From the NCBI GenBank assembly GCA_046153645.1, contig JBJXGI010000042.1, positions 93,097 through 157,096 on the forward strand: DNA of 64,000 nucleotides, written 5' to 3'. The notes below the pieces were generated by a model, which saw only the letters and a list, made by a program, of their open reading frames with translations, made no database searches and had not been told where the DNA came from. The translations under genes and the position numbers were made by a program. Source of the DNA: Elusimicrobiota bacterium (GTDB lineage: Bacteria; Elusimicrobiota; Elusimicrobia; F11). Position 1 is the stretch's first letter; the number at the start of each line of letters is the position of its first letter. This document shows, in pieces, positions 1 through 9,610 of this stretch.

Positions 1-23
1 GTAATAATGCAACTGCTTTAGCA

Positions 24-1736
24 GTGAAAAGCGCAGCAGCTATCGCTCAACTTCCAACTGCAACAGCACTGGCTAAAAGAGCAAAAGATTTTTTTTCTGA
101 TGCTGAAATAAATGGTGTTGAAAAAGATATCGCTGATATCTTTCAATACCACCAGCTCATTTTAGATAATCGTTCGGCTAAAGAAGCTATTCAAACGATC
201 ATCCCTGTTTGGCTAAGAGGGTCTCCTCTCAATCAATTCGATATAACTCAACTCCAAGTTTTGGCTTTAAAACTTTATGGTTATTGGCTAGGGAACAAAA
301 TTTCTATTGTTGACATTTCTTCTAGTGCCGAGGTTAAGCAATTAATTGAACAACTTCAAGAATATGAAGAAATATTCCAAGATTTACTTAAAAGAAACAC
401 TGAAACACCGAATGTGCCAAATCAAAACGAGCGTTTTTTAAACACATTTGGATCAATAATTAATATTAGACTTTTTTCAGCTAATCCACTTTTTCAAAGA
501 CTTGTTTCTTATTTAACTCACACTTCTTCCGGGAAAATTTATCCCTTAAGAAGCCCAAACATTCTTGCAAGTCGACTCCTGTCGAAACGAGAAGAGAAAA
601 AGAATGCCATTGAGGCTCCAAAAATAAAAGAGGCCTATAAATTTTTAGAAGAATTAGGCTTTCAGTCTCCAGATCAAATCTCTAACTTAGAAGAAAAATT
701 ATTAGAAGCTCTTAAAATAAAAATATCAGAATTTGATGTTGATATAAAAAATGAAGCTGACGTTAATCAACTAGCTCGAATGATTTATCTTGTATGGCTA
801 GATCAATTTATGGATTTTGCTATTCCCGAAAATACAGATCAACAAGGTGATTTTGACCCCGATGTTATTGATCAAGACCATAAATTAATCAAAAGCTGGT
901 TGGATAACTTCCAAAATAAAACAGAAATAAATATTGATACTCAAATGCAAAACCGTTTTTATGATGAATGGTTGAAAAAAGCCCCATTTTTCCTACCTTT
1001 TAACCAAAATACTCGAATTCCATCAGTCAAAGATTTACAAGAAAAACTAAGTGACAGAAAGACCCATTGGACGAAAAAATTCGACAGAGATTTGAGAGAC
1101 CATTTATATGATTCATTTTTACCTACTATCAAATCACGACGTATGGGAGATCTCACAAAAAGTCTTATTCTAGAAGAGGATAAAGAAACCGCTGTTAGTC
1201 TTACCGTCATAGAAATCACCAATACCACTAAGCTCCCGCATCTATTAAGAACCATCGAAGGGTTAATAACAGAATTATCGGCTGCGCAACTGAAAGGAAT
1301 CCATGCTGTTGTTTTTGTCAATCGCTCTCATCATTCGGATTTACCTGGTACCCTCAAGAAAATAATGGATCAGAAAAACAACTCTCATTTATGGGTCGGA
1401 ATCATGAATAAACCTTTAAATACAGACCCAGTGGAATTTATTGAACCTGTAAAACATGTTTTAGAGTCCGTTGATAAAAGTATGCTTCCGCAAATAGCAC
1501 AAGCCATCAGAAAAAAAACAATGGGTATTCGTCTCATGTTACAAACAGATCGGTGGAGTTCAACAAAATCTCTCAAATTAGATAAAAGTGGAAAAAATGT
1601 TCTGAGAATTGAGGATTTTGATGTTAAGTTTTATTTAATCAATAGTCTTTTAACGATGATGAGAGAAAAAGGAATTTCTGTTAAGAATTTAAACAATATT
1701 GTTAATTTAATTAAACAAGCATCGAAACACGCCTAA
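24..1736 (+). CDS. Hypothetical protein of 570 aa; the 5' end may lie upstream of the window.
   Basis: Long uninterrupted ORF starting at GTG at position 24. The frame is open back to window position 3, so the true start may be outside the window. No recognisable catalytic motif or signal peptide. Acidic and helix-rich. Confidence 0.5.
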   Translation: MKSAAAIAQLPTATALAKRAKDFFSDAEINGVEKDIADIFQYHQLILDNRSAKEAIQTIIPVWLRGSPLNQFDITQLQVLALKLYGYWLGNKISIVDISSSAEVKQLIEQLQEYEEIFQDLLKRNTETPNVPNQNERFLNTFGSIINIRLFSANPLFQRLVSYLTHTSSGKIYPLRSPNILASRLLSKREEKKNAIEAPKIKEAYKFLEELGFQSPDQISNLEEKLLEALKIKISEFDVDIKNEADVNQLARMIYLVWLDQFMDFAIPENTDQQGDFDPDVIDQDHKLIKSWLDNFQNKTEINIDTQMQNRFYDEWLKKAPFFLPFNQNTRIPSVKDLQEKLSDRKTHWTKKFDRDLRDHLYDSFLPTIKSRRMGDLTKSLILEEDKETAVSLTVIEITNTTKLPHLLRTIEGLITELSAAQLKGIHAVVFVNRSHHSDLPGTLKKIMDQKNNSHLWVGIMNKPLNTDPVEFIEPVKHVLESVDKSMLPQIAQAIRKKTMGIRLMLQTDRWSSTKSLKLDKSGKNVLRIEDFDVKFYLINSLLTMMREKGISVKNLNNIVNLIKQASKHA

Positions 1737-1752
1737 AAAAACCATCAATGCA

Positions 1753-3198
1753 TCAGTGAGTTTTTAGAAATTGAAAACTACGGAGTGCTTTGGTTCTGGC
1801 TTCAGCGTGATTTACCAAAGGAGCAGGATAATTTTTTCCCAAAAATATTCCGCTGTCTTTTAACAAAGTTTCAGGCGCCTCCCAGGGTTGATGTATCCAT
1901 TTATTAGGAAGTTTCGATAATTCAGGTACCCATCGACGGACATATTCTCCATTAGGGTCAAATTTTTTGCCCTGCAAAATAGGGTTAAAAATTCTGAAAT
2001 AAGGAGCGGCGTCCGCACCACAACCAGCCGTCCATTGCCATCCAAGTGAGTTGCTAGCCAAATCGGCATCCACCAAAGTATCCCAAAACCACTCCGCCCC
2101 TTTCACCCAATTAATTAAAAGATCTTTTACTAAAAAGGATGCCACAATCATTCTCACTCGGTTATGCATCCAGCCTGTGGCCCATAATTCACGAAGTCCC
2201 GCATCAACAATGGGGTAGCCCGTTTTTCCTTTCTGCCATTTTTTTAAAAAAAGAGAATTTTTCTCCCATGGAAACTTAGAAAATTTTTCTCGAAGTGGTT
2301 GTTTATCTGTATGTGGAAAGTGAAACAATAAATGATATGCAAATTCTCTCCATCCGATTTCTTTAAGGTAAACTTCAGCCCCTTTAATAGATCCACTTTT
2401 TCCTTTTTTGAAAGATACCTCTTGGACTTTTTGCCAAATTTCATATGGTGAAATTTCACCAAAATGTAAGTGAGGAGAAAGATGACTGGTTCCTAAATAA
2501 TCCGGTCTATTTCGAGAATCAGGGTATTCACTTAAAATGTCAGAAACAAATTTTTTTATATTTTTTTGAGCTCCTCTTTCACCAGGTTCCCAGTGAGATA
2601 AAAAACCTGCGTCCCATTTGACTTCAGGCAAAAGCTTCAAATGATCAATTGAATCAGATTTGGGGGTTTTATCTAAACGAGGAAATGTAAGAGGGATTTT
2701 TGTTGGTTTTCGAGGTCGAAATTGTTTTAAGCAGGTATTCCAAAAAGCAGTAAAAACCTGATATGGGTTTTTTTCTTGAGTTAAAATTTCCCACGGCTCA
2801 AATATAAGAGACCCATTAAAACTTTCCGCCTTCACACCCATTTCTTTGAGGGTTGATTTTATCTCGCTATCTCTTTTGATAAGCGCAGGCTCATAACGAC
2901 GGTTCCAGTAAACGCTTTTAGCCCCTGTTTCTTTGAGCAATTCAATAATAACTGGAAGAGCTTTTCCTTGACGAATAATAAGTTGAGATCCGTGATGAAG
3001 TAACGAGGTATGAAGTGCTGTTAACGAATGATGTAACCACCATCGACTGGCACTTCCAGGCATCCAAGGTGATTCTTCATTGGGTGACCAAATAAAAACA
3101 GGAATAATCGGCTCCCCTTGGGCTAATGCCGCAAAGAGAGCCGGATTATTTTCGAGTCTTAAATCATTTTTAAACCAAACAAGAGTTGGACAACAAAT
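1753..3198 (-). CDS. phrB: Deoxyribodipyrimidine (CPD) photolyase. The ORF-track Met at 3063 is internal; the true N-terminus extends to about 3198 with no canonical start codon.
   Basis: The FAD-binding domain carries the motifs GWMHNRVRMIVASFLVKDL and WQWTAGCGADAAPYFRIFNP. Upstream of Met3063 the same frame encodes LVWFKNDLRLENNPALFAALAQGEP, which aligns with the E. coli Phr N-terminus HLVWFRQDLRLHDNLAL. No ATG, GTG or TTG occurs between that segment and the in-frame TAG at 3210..3208. The only start-like codon is ATT at 3198..3196. Confidence 0.85.
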   Translation of the reverse strand: MCCPTLVWFKNDLRLENNPALFAALAQGEPIIPVFIWSPNEESPWMPGSASRWWLHHSLTALHTSLLHHGSQLIIRQGKALPVIIELLKETGAKSVYWNRRYEPALIKRDSEIKSTLKEMGVKAESFNGSLIFEPWEILTQEKNPYQVFTAFWNTCLKQFRPRKPTKIPLTFPRLDKTPKSDSIDHLKLLPEVKWDAGFLSHWEPGERGAQKNIKKFVSDILSEYPDSRNRPDYLGTSHLSPHLHFGEISPYEIWQKVQEVSFKKGKSGSIKGAEVYLKEIGWREFAYHLLFHFPHTDKQPLREKFSKFPWEKNSLFLKKWQKGKTGYPIVDAGLRELWATGWMHNRVRMIVASFLVKDLLINWVKGAEWFWDTLVDADLASNSLGWQWTAGCGADAAPYFRIFNPILQGKKFDPNGEYVRRWVPELSKLPNKWIHQPWEAPETLLKDSGIFLGKNYPAPLVNHAEARTKALRSFQFLKTH

Positions 3199-3199
3199 A

Positions 3200-3766
3200 C
3201 TAGAACTCTACTTTGGGAACGGCTTTGGCTTCAGGCGCAGCTTGAAAATATGTGTCTTTGGGTTTAAAACCAAAAAAACCGGCGACAACGTTTCCAGGAA
3301 ACTTTTTAACCAAAACATTAAAGTTTTGAATGGTTTCATTAAAACGCATTCGCTCAACCGCAATTCTGTTTTCAGTGCCAGCCAATTCATCTTGAAGCGC
3401 CATAAAATTGGCATTTGATTTTAATTGTGGGTAATTTTCCGCCACAACCAATAAACGTGAGAGGGCACTATCAATACCTTGATTGGCTTGAATTTTGTCA
3501 GACACAGTTCTGGCACCTGCCAATTTAGCTCTGGCTTCAGCAATTTGAGTGAAAATTTCATTTTCTTGCTTGGCATACCCTTTAACAGTGTTAACCAAAT
3601 TCGGAATTAAGTCTGACCGGCGTTGCATAACATTTTCAACTTGTGCCCAACTGGCAGTAATCGCTTCTTCTCCCGCCACCATTTGATTGCGAGGCCCAAT
3701 AATAAATGCTCCCGCCAAAACAACCAAACCAACAAGCACGCCTAAAACAACTAATACTTTCTTCAT
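3200..3766 (-). CDS. lemA: LemA family membrane protein
   Basis: N-terminal transmembrane helix followed by the conserved LemA core (SWAQVENVMQRRSDLIPNLVNTVKGYAKQE ... ENYPQLKSNANFMALQDEL). Its stop codon abuts the photolyase gene. Confidence 0.8.
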   Translation of the reverse strand: MKKVLVVLGVLVGLVVLAGAFIIGPRNQMVAGEEAITASWAQVENVMQRRSDLIPNLVNTVKGYAKQENEIFTQIAEARAKLAGARTVSDKIQANQGIDSALSRLLVVAENYPQLKSNANFMALQDELAGTENRIAVERMRFNETIQNFNVLVKKFPGNVVAGFFGFKPKDTYFQAAPEAKAVPKVEF

Positions 3767-3780
3767 TTTTTTCTCCTTCC

Positions 3781-4485
3781 TTACAACTTATCTACAGATT
3801 GAATGACAGCATCAATATTCTTGATATATCTTTCGAACAACTTTTGTGGACTTTTTAAAAGTGAATGTTTTTCTTTATTTCTATGTTGAAGTACCGCTTC
3901 TAAGGCTTCAAGGTCCAAGGAAATAATTTTATTTAATTCGTACCAGACCTCTTGTTTCTTCCAGACAATAGACAAATTTTTTAATCTTAAAACACCTCGG
4001 TAAAGTGAAGTAATAGAACTTAAAGACTGCGCCAATAAATCGAGAATCTTTTTAGAGTCCGAAAAACATTCCAAATATCTTTGGCGAAGGGTTAAGAGCT
4101 TCGCTCTCAATTCAAACTCGAGTTGATGGCGAAAATGACCAAGTTCAATGTGAACGCCAGAAAAAGGGTCGTTTCCAAAAAAAATCTGATGAGAACTTTG
4201 AATATCTAGAAATTCCAGTGGAAACACATCAAGCGAATTTTGAAACTCATGCTCACTAAAAATTGAAGGTAAAGAATATCCTTTTTTATTCCAATTTTTT
4301 AATAGAAACCCTAATTTATCAAGTGTAAAAACATCAACCCTTTTCAGCAAAACCAATAAATTAATATTGGAAAAAAACTTGGTTTCATCTTTCGAAACAG
4401 CTGATCCATAAAGCACAACGGAAGCTAAATTTTCGCCCAATTCATTTTTCAACTTTAATAAGAGAATTTCACAATCTTTTATCAT
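3781..4485 (-). CDS. Nucleotidyltransferase-fold protein (NTase domain plus C-terminal helical domain) with a probably degenerate active site.
   Basis: The hG[GS] motif is present (VVLYGSAV). The canonical [DE]h[DE]h motif is replaced by SNINLLV, so both catalytic Asp positions are Asn. Located between the TPM and LemA genes. Confidence 0.55.
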   Translation of the reverse strand: MIKDCEILLLKLKNELGENLASVVLYGSAVSKDETKFFSNINLLVLLKRVDVFTLDKLGFLLKNWNKKGYSLPSIFSEHEFQNSLDVFPLEFLDIQSSHQIFFGNDPFSGVHIELGHFRHQLEFELRAKLLTLRQRYLECFSDSKKILDLLAQSLSSITSLYRGVLRLKNLSIVWKKQEVWYELNKIISLDLEALEAVLQHRNKEKHSLLKSPQKLFERYIKNIDAVIQSVDKL

Positions 4486-4499
4486 TTATTCCTCCTGCC

Positions 4500-5231
4500 T
4501 TACCAACCTCGTGAAGACCCTCCACCGCCAGAAGACCCTCCACCAAACCCTCCAAAACCGCCGCCACCAAATCCACCATTTCCGCTGCCGCCTCCTCTTG
4601 AAATAAGAAAAAATAATAACCAAGGGTGACGAATGAAAACAATGAGAGCGATAATAAAAATAATAAAGAAAAATATTTTTTCTATGAATGTTAATGGACG
4701 AACTTTCTGAAGATCTCTCGAAGAAAGACCTTCTAATTGAACACCAGAACTTTGAGCCAACAACTGAGCAATGGTGACAGCACCTTGCACCACCCCTTCA
4801 CTTAAATTTCCCGTACGAAATTGAGGTAAAACAATTTGATCTAATATCTGCCCTGCTTTGCCATCATTGATGACCGCTTCTAGACCATACCCCACTTCAA
4901 TGCGCATTTTCCGCTCACCAGGGACAATTAAAAATAAGACTCCATTGTTTTTTCCTTTTTGACCAATCCCCCAGCGTTTAAACAACTTAACAGACTCGGT
5001 TTCAATATCACGCCCTTCAAGAGTGGGAATAGTGACCACCGCAACTTGATCTGATGTTTTTTGTTCAAGAAAAAACAATAACTTCTCTAATTTTATTTTA
5101 TGTTGAGGAGAAATAATTCGTGCCTCATCAGTAACATAAGATTCAGATTTCAACTGCTCTATTCTCGTAAGGGAAAAAAGAAAAGAAAATGGAATAAAAA
5201 AAAGAGTAAAAATAAACAGATATCGTTTCAT
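4500..5231 (-). CDS. TPM-domain (YgcG-like) protein with signal peptide, C-terminal transmembrane helix and Gly-rich tail.
   Basis: TPM-fold core (VAVVTIPTLEG ... GVLFLIVPGERKMRIEVGYGLE), a transmembrane helix near the C-terminus, and the tail GGGSGNGGFGGGGFGGFGGG. The LemA-TPM pairing is classical. Confidence 0.75.
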   Translation of the reverse strand: MKRYLFIFTLFFIPFSFLFSLTRIEQLKSESYVTDEARIISPQHKIKLEKLLFFLEQKTSDQVAVVTIPTLEGRDIETESVKLFKRWGIGQKGKNNGVLFLIVPGERKMRIEVGYGLEAVINDGKAGQILDQIVLPQFRTGNLSEGVVQGAVTIAQLLAQSSGVQLEGLSSRDLQKVRPLTFIEKIFFFIIFIIALIVFIRHPWLLFFLISRGGGSGNGGFGGGGFGGFGGGSSGGGGSSRGW

Positions 5232-5239
5232 TTTTCTTG

Positions 5240-6835
5240 TTATTCGACAGGTGCTAAACGGAGAGTAGCCAAAGCAATTTCTGCCTGAACAAAAGGATTT
5301 TCTTCAATTCCTAAGCGCGATAACACTTGAGAGTAATCATCGCTAGTTCCATAACGACTGAGATACCAATAACTCATAGCACGAGAAGGCCAGTCTGGAT
5401 CGTTAAGCCTGGCCAAAAAAGAAAGCCTTGGAGACGTTTCTCCAAATTTAGCCAAAACTTGTAACGCGTAAACCTGAACCGCTGCAGAGGCGTCGTTGCC
5501 GGCTAAATTATAAACATAAGGAATAGCCGATTTAAAACGCCCCACCTCCACTGCTTCTAAAGCGCCCATACGAACAATGGCATTTTTATCGGCCAGCGCA
5601 TCTTGAACCAAATAAATATCACTTTCATCACGGCTATACGATAATGCAATCAACGCGCTTGCTTTAACCAAGGGATTGGTTGAATTTTGAGCCAAACGTT
5701 GTAATTCTGAACGCATTAATGGGTCGGTGGTTCCTCCCAGGGCTTCAATAAGGAGATAACTCAATTCTGAGTAACGAGTCTTAAGAGCAAACCCACTCGG
5801 CGTTACCATGGAATTCAACTCTTCTAAAATAGGATCCTGTTGCTGAATAGGATCTAATGGTTCTCCCAACCGATCCCGGATTAGTTTTAGAAGACCTGAA
5901 TTGATTTGGGCTGCAATTTGAAGTGAAGCAGGAATTTTAAGACGGGGGGGTGTAATGACCAAAGGTTCTAACTCAATAGCACTGTCTCTACCAATCGTGT
6001 AAGCCACCTCTTCGTTATCTCTCCAAGCTTTTTGAGAAGGAGAATAACTGGATTTTTCCCCTTTTTTAGAAATAAGTTTAAGAGCCGCAATAGAAAGCTC
6101 CGCAATAACAAAATCATTTCGAGTTTCACGGTTTAAATAACTCACAATTTTCGGATAATCATTGGGATTACCATAATCTCCAAGGTAACGGGCCGCCATT
6201 GCGCGAACGACCCAACTGTTATGATCTAAACCCTTCCATAATGCATCAACCGCTGATTCTTGACCCAACGATAAAAGAGCTTGTGCGGCAACAATTTGCA
6301 TTAAAGGGGACCAATCTCGATCTTTAGCCAATTGAAGAAGGGAAATGGCCTCAGCTTGTCCCCACGTTTGAAGAGCCTCAACAGCGGCAAAGCGAATTCC
6401 AATTTTTCCATCCAACACCGCTTCTTTAAAATATTTTTTGTGTAGTGGGTCTCCTAAACTGGCCAAGGTAATAATGGCTTGAGCGCGAACCTTGGGATTT
6501 CGTGACCATTGCACCATTTCTATCAGGCGTTTTCTCAAATCAGGATCACGAGCAGCTTTTAACGCTTCCACCAAAGAAACCCCAAACTCTAAATACCGAA
6601 GTTTTAAACGATATCCCGCAGGAGTGGCAAAGGTAATAATTTGTGCCAGAGAAGTAGACTGATAATCTTCAGCGCTTATTTTTGTTTTATCTTGTTTTTC
6701 AAGTAGGTCAACCAATGTTTGTGTGACCCCGGTTAAATTGGGTGCCGCTTGAATGGTGTTAACGGGTGCCAACCCACCACACCCAATGGTCAGAATAAAG
6801 AGTGACAGAACAAATACCGAATTTATTTTTCTCAT
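5240..6835 (-). CDS. HEAT/PBS-lyase-repeat lipoprotein
   Basis: Lipoprotein signal (LFILTIGCGG) followed by repeated 30-aa HEAT-like units (PNVRAQAIITLASLGDP, DWSPLMQIVAAQALLSLGQ, PNDYPKIV and others). Confidence 0.6.
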   Translation of the reverse strand: MRKINSVFVLSLFILTIGCGGLAPVNTIQAAPNLTGVTQTLVDLLEKQDKTKISAEDYQSTSLAQIITFATPAGYRLKLRYLEFGVSLVEALKAARDPDLRKRLIEMVQWSRNPKVRAQAIITLASLGDPLHKKYFKEAVLDGKIGIRFAAVEALQTWGQAEAISLLQLAKDRDWSPLMQIVAAQALLSLGQESAVDALWKGLDHNSWVVRAMAARYLGDYGNPNDYPKIVSYLNRETRNDFVIAELSIAALKLISKKGEKSSYSPSQKAWRDNEEVAYTIGRDSAIELEPLVITPPRLKIPASLQIAAQINSGLLKLIRDRLGEPLDPIQQQDPILEELNSMVTPSGFALKTRYSELSYLLIEALGGTTDPLMRSELQRLAQNSTNPLVKASALIALSYSRDESDIYLVQDALADKNAIVRMGALEAVEVGRFKSAIPYVYNLAGNDASAAVQVYALQVLAKFGETSPRLSFLARLNDPDWPSRAMSYWYLSRYGTSDDYSQVLSRLGIEENPFVQAEIALATLRLAPVE

Positions 6836-6880
6836 GACAAAGAATTTATCAAATCTATTTAAGCAGAGCTTTAGAATATT

Positions 6881-7654
6881 CTAAAAAGAAAGACTGGAAG
6901 GCAGATCAGACGAAGCAAAAACTTCACCTTCAAATAACTGGTCTTTGAGGTATTGTTTCATTTGAACTGAGTTATAAGGTGTTTTTGGATCTTTTATTAA
7001 AATAAGGGCTTTGGGTTGTAATAATCCCGCCAACTCAGAAACAACCGTAGATTTAAGCTCATTAAAATCTAAAAGGTATACCTGATCCAATTCTTTTCCA
7101 TCATCTCGCAGAGAATAGGTAAATTCTCGAAAAGAGTTGGTGTTGTCAGGGATAAGGGAAATCAATATATGACGACCATGATCAAATTCAAAAAAATATC
7201 CCATTTGTTTTTCACCATGAACAGAGAGAGTCAATGCCGTTACAAATAAAAAATGGTTCTCTTTTTTAAGCATCAGGCGTGATGAAGGCTCTAATCCTTT
7301 TACTTGAGTAAACCCTTTTTCTTGAATAGATTTACTTAAAAGCGAGGGGCAAATTATTTTTATATCTTTTCTTAAAGCTTCAAAGAACCCAGAAGGAAAA
7401 GGTCCTCCGGTCAAGAAAAAATAATCAGCTACCGTCACTAATGAGGGGGGAAGAGAATTTATTACAATTTTTATTTGATCAAATTGTATTGATAAACTTT
7501 TCGAAGAGCGTATCTCAATCTGGTTAGTACTTTTCTCAAATGGCCAATTAATTATTTCAGGAACAGAGGGGCGAGATAAAATAATCTTTTTATTTTCAGC
7601 ACATCCAAAAAAGAATGAGAAAAGAAAACAGAAATAAATGTTTAGCAGTTTCAA
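6881..7654 (-). CDS. Hypothetical lipoprotein
   Basis: Signal peptide ending in FFFGCAENKK (lipobox). No known domain recognised. Confidence 0.45.
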   Translation of the reverse strand: MKLLNIYFCFLFSFFFGCAENKKIILSRPSVPEIINWPFEKSTNQIEIRSSKSLSIQFDQIKIVINSLPPSLVTVADYFFLTGGPFPSGFFEALRKDIKIICPSLLSKSIQEKGFTQVKGLEPSSRLMLKKENHFLFVTALTLSVHGEKQMGYFFEFDHGRHILISLIPDNTNSFREFTYSLRDDGKELDQVYLLDFNELKSTVVSELAGLLQPKALILIKDPKTPYNSVQMKQYLKDQLFEGEVFASSDLPSSLSF

Positions 7655-7663
7655 GGAAAAATT

Positions 7664-8050
7664 TTAATTTGATATCCTAGCAGCATCGGATGGACCACCC
7701 AAACCAGTAGGATCTGTCACTGGAGAAGTAGGTATAACAACAGCAACTTTAGATGTACCATCATCGCTTTCACCAGCAGATTTATCTTCAGGCCAAACAT
7801 AGTTAATGACATCGGATTTATCATAATAACCGACATCATTATTATTCAATTTCGCAGGCTGAACACTCATTCCTTCATCAGTGACAAAATTATCGCCATT
7901 TGGCAATATTCCAATACTAGTAGAGGGTTTTCTGGCTGGAGAATAATCAGAAGCTGCATATAAATAAACAAGGGTGACGGTTGATAATGCCACCATAAAT
8001 GAGCCAATAAAGAAATAATGCTTAATTGCACCCCGTGTATTGTTTTTCAT
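7664..8050 (-). CDS. Hypothetical membrane-anchored protein; last gene of the pilin-like operon.
   Basis: N-terminal transmembrane helix. Co-directional and tightly spaced with the pilin genes. Confidence 0.4.
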   Translation of the reverse strand: MKNNTRGAIKHYFFIGSFMVALSTVTLVYLYAASDYSPARKPSTSIGILPNGDNFVTDEGMSVQPAKLNNNDVGYYDKSDVINYVWPEDKSAGESDDGTSKVAVVIPTSPVTDPTGLGGPSDAARISN

Positions 8051-8171
8051 ACGTTAAGTTTGTCTCCTATTCCCTTAAGATTCAATAGAATTTTCGATTA
8101 AGATTTGATTAAGAAGAAATAACCTAATATTTTTATCTAAAACACATTGATTTTACAAATCATTTTTTGAG

Positions 8172-9608
8172 TCAATACATATTCCCTGTTTGACCTGTTT
8201 TCTCTATGGAATAAATTATCTCAGATGTGACAGGAATAAAAGGTGGCGGACTGGTTTTAAGCGAATTCATATAAGAATAGGTACGGGGGGGAGTTCCTCC
8301 AGTAAGATCATTATAGACATCCGGAATACTTTGAGGGGTACTTCCCAAAATCATTGAGCCAGAAAAAATTAATTTCATATTAGCCGGAGCAGTGAGATCT
8401 GCATAAATACTCGCTATGAGACGCCCGTGCGGAGCCATAACCAAAGCTTGAATGGTTTGAGTGACTGGAGCACCAGTATAGTAGGTTGAAGAAATGATGA
8501 CGTTTCCTCGAGTAATTAAAATAGCCTGATGCGCAGTTGAAGAACTGGGCAGCGGATCTCCCGGATAAGGACCGATACCCGGATTAATAGTGAGGTTACC
8601 AGTAATAAAAATATCTCTCTCAGATACGAATAACACCTGACCATTGACTTCTCCATCAATCCGCATCGAATTAGCAGAATAATAAATATGCTCTTCGTTA
8701 TCACAAGTGCGTAAACCTGGGTATTGGACTAAATATTGATCAGTGGGAGTTGAATGTGCAGCCGGAGTGCAGACACCTCCTCCCGTATCCCGGAAATATC
8801 CGGGAGGAAAAATTTTAGTTTCCGGTCCTCCTACCGCGATAGGAACATTAGAACCAAATAAATCTTTTACTGTATGCGCATTTGCCAATGTTTCATAACG
8901 ATCCAAGTCCGCTTGAAGAACTTGGGGAAAAAGCATGGGCTGGTTTAACCGAATGGGCATTTTTGCCTCAGGCCCTATGGATGGCTCTGTGATGTCTATT
9001 TGAGCTGGAATGATTGCACCACCCCACAACTTTGGAGGGGTCACCGTCTGAGTAAACTCTGCCTGTAGTACTTTGGTTACTAACGCCGAACCAGTTAAGT
9101 TAAAAATCAAATTAGGGGCATAAATTTTTCCGAGGGAAACATCTACGCCTTTTGTAATAACCAATGGATCAGCCCCTGAAATAGCCGCGAAATAATCCGC
9201 TACATTTGAAACCTTGGCATATGTATGCAAAGTTGTTGAGTAATCTTTCCCATTCCTTGTTCTCGTCGCGGAAGTGACAATGTAATAATTAGTGCCTCCA
9301 ACAAATGCTCCTGAAGTTAAATAATTGGTAAATGATTCTCCAGATTCAAACCCTGACTGGGCAACACCAGTCCATGTAAAATCATTTGGGTTATTTGCAA
9401 TTCTTCCCATGGCTTGCGATAGTCCTGTTTCAACCAAACGATAGGTTTTATTCATTTCATCCAAGTAATAAGATTGGTGAGAACTTCTTTTCAGAACTTC
9501 GGAAATCGCAATAATTCCTAAAAAAATACTAATCGCAAAAACACCAGCAAAAGCAACTGAAATACCTTTTACGTTAAAAGCCCAGTATTTTTTAGATAGT
9601 TTTTTCAT
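8172..9608 (-). CDS. Pilus-associated protein, possibly PilX- or PilY1-like, with N-terminal membrane anchor.
   Basis: A 478-aa ORF whose start is 3 nt from the end of the upstream pilin gene. N-terminal transmembrane helix and a beta-rich S/T/G-rich body. No prepilin cleavage motif. Confidence 0.45.
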   Translation of the reverse strand: MKKLSKKYWAFNVKGISVAFAGVFAISIFLGIIAISEVLKRSSHQSYYLDEMNKTYRLVETGLSQAMGRIANNPNDFTWTGVAQSGFESGESFTNYLTSGAFVGGTNYYIVTSATRTRNGKDYSTTLHTYAKVSNVADYFAAISGADPLVITKGVDVSLGKIYAPNLIFNLTGSALVTKVLQAEFTQTVTPPKLWGGAIIPAQIDITEPSIGPEAKMPIRLNQPMLFPQVLQADLDRYETLANAHTVKDLFGSNVPIAVGGPETKIFPPGYFRDTGGGVCTPAAHSTPTDQYLVQYPGLRTCDNEEHIYYSANSMRIDGEVNGQVLFVSERDIFITGNLTINPGIGPYPGDPLPSSSTAHQAILITRGNVIISSTYYTGAPVTQTIQALVMAPHGRLIASIYADLTAPANMKLIFSGSMILGSTPQSIPDVYNDLTGGTPPRTYSYMNSLKTSPPPFIPVTSEIIYSIEKTGQTGNMY

Positions 9609-9610
9609 AT

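Noticed and set aside
959-1321. 120-aa minus-strand ORF, along with 1385..1576 and 1860..2069, 2244..2462, 3080..3418, 3208..3414 nearby
   Set aside because: These lie entirely inside, and antisense or out of frame to, the long hypothetical and photolyase/LemA genes. They have no start context and no family resemblance, so they are low-GC shadow ORFs.
4500-4620. GGN/CCN low-complexity nucleotide repeats (also 10186..10215 and 13236..13262) considered as possible tandem-repeat, CRISPR or microsatellite features
   Set aside because: They are the coding sequence of poly-Gly C-terminal tails of the TPM protein and the two giant pilins. They have no spacer/repeat periodicity.
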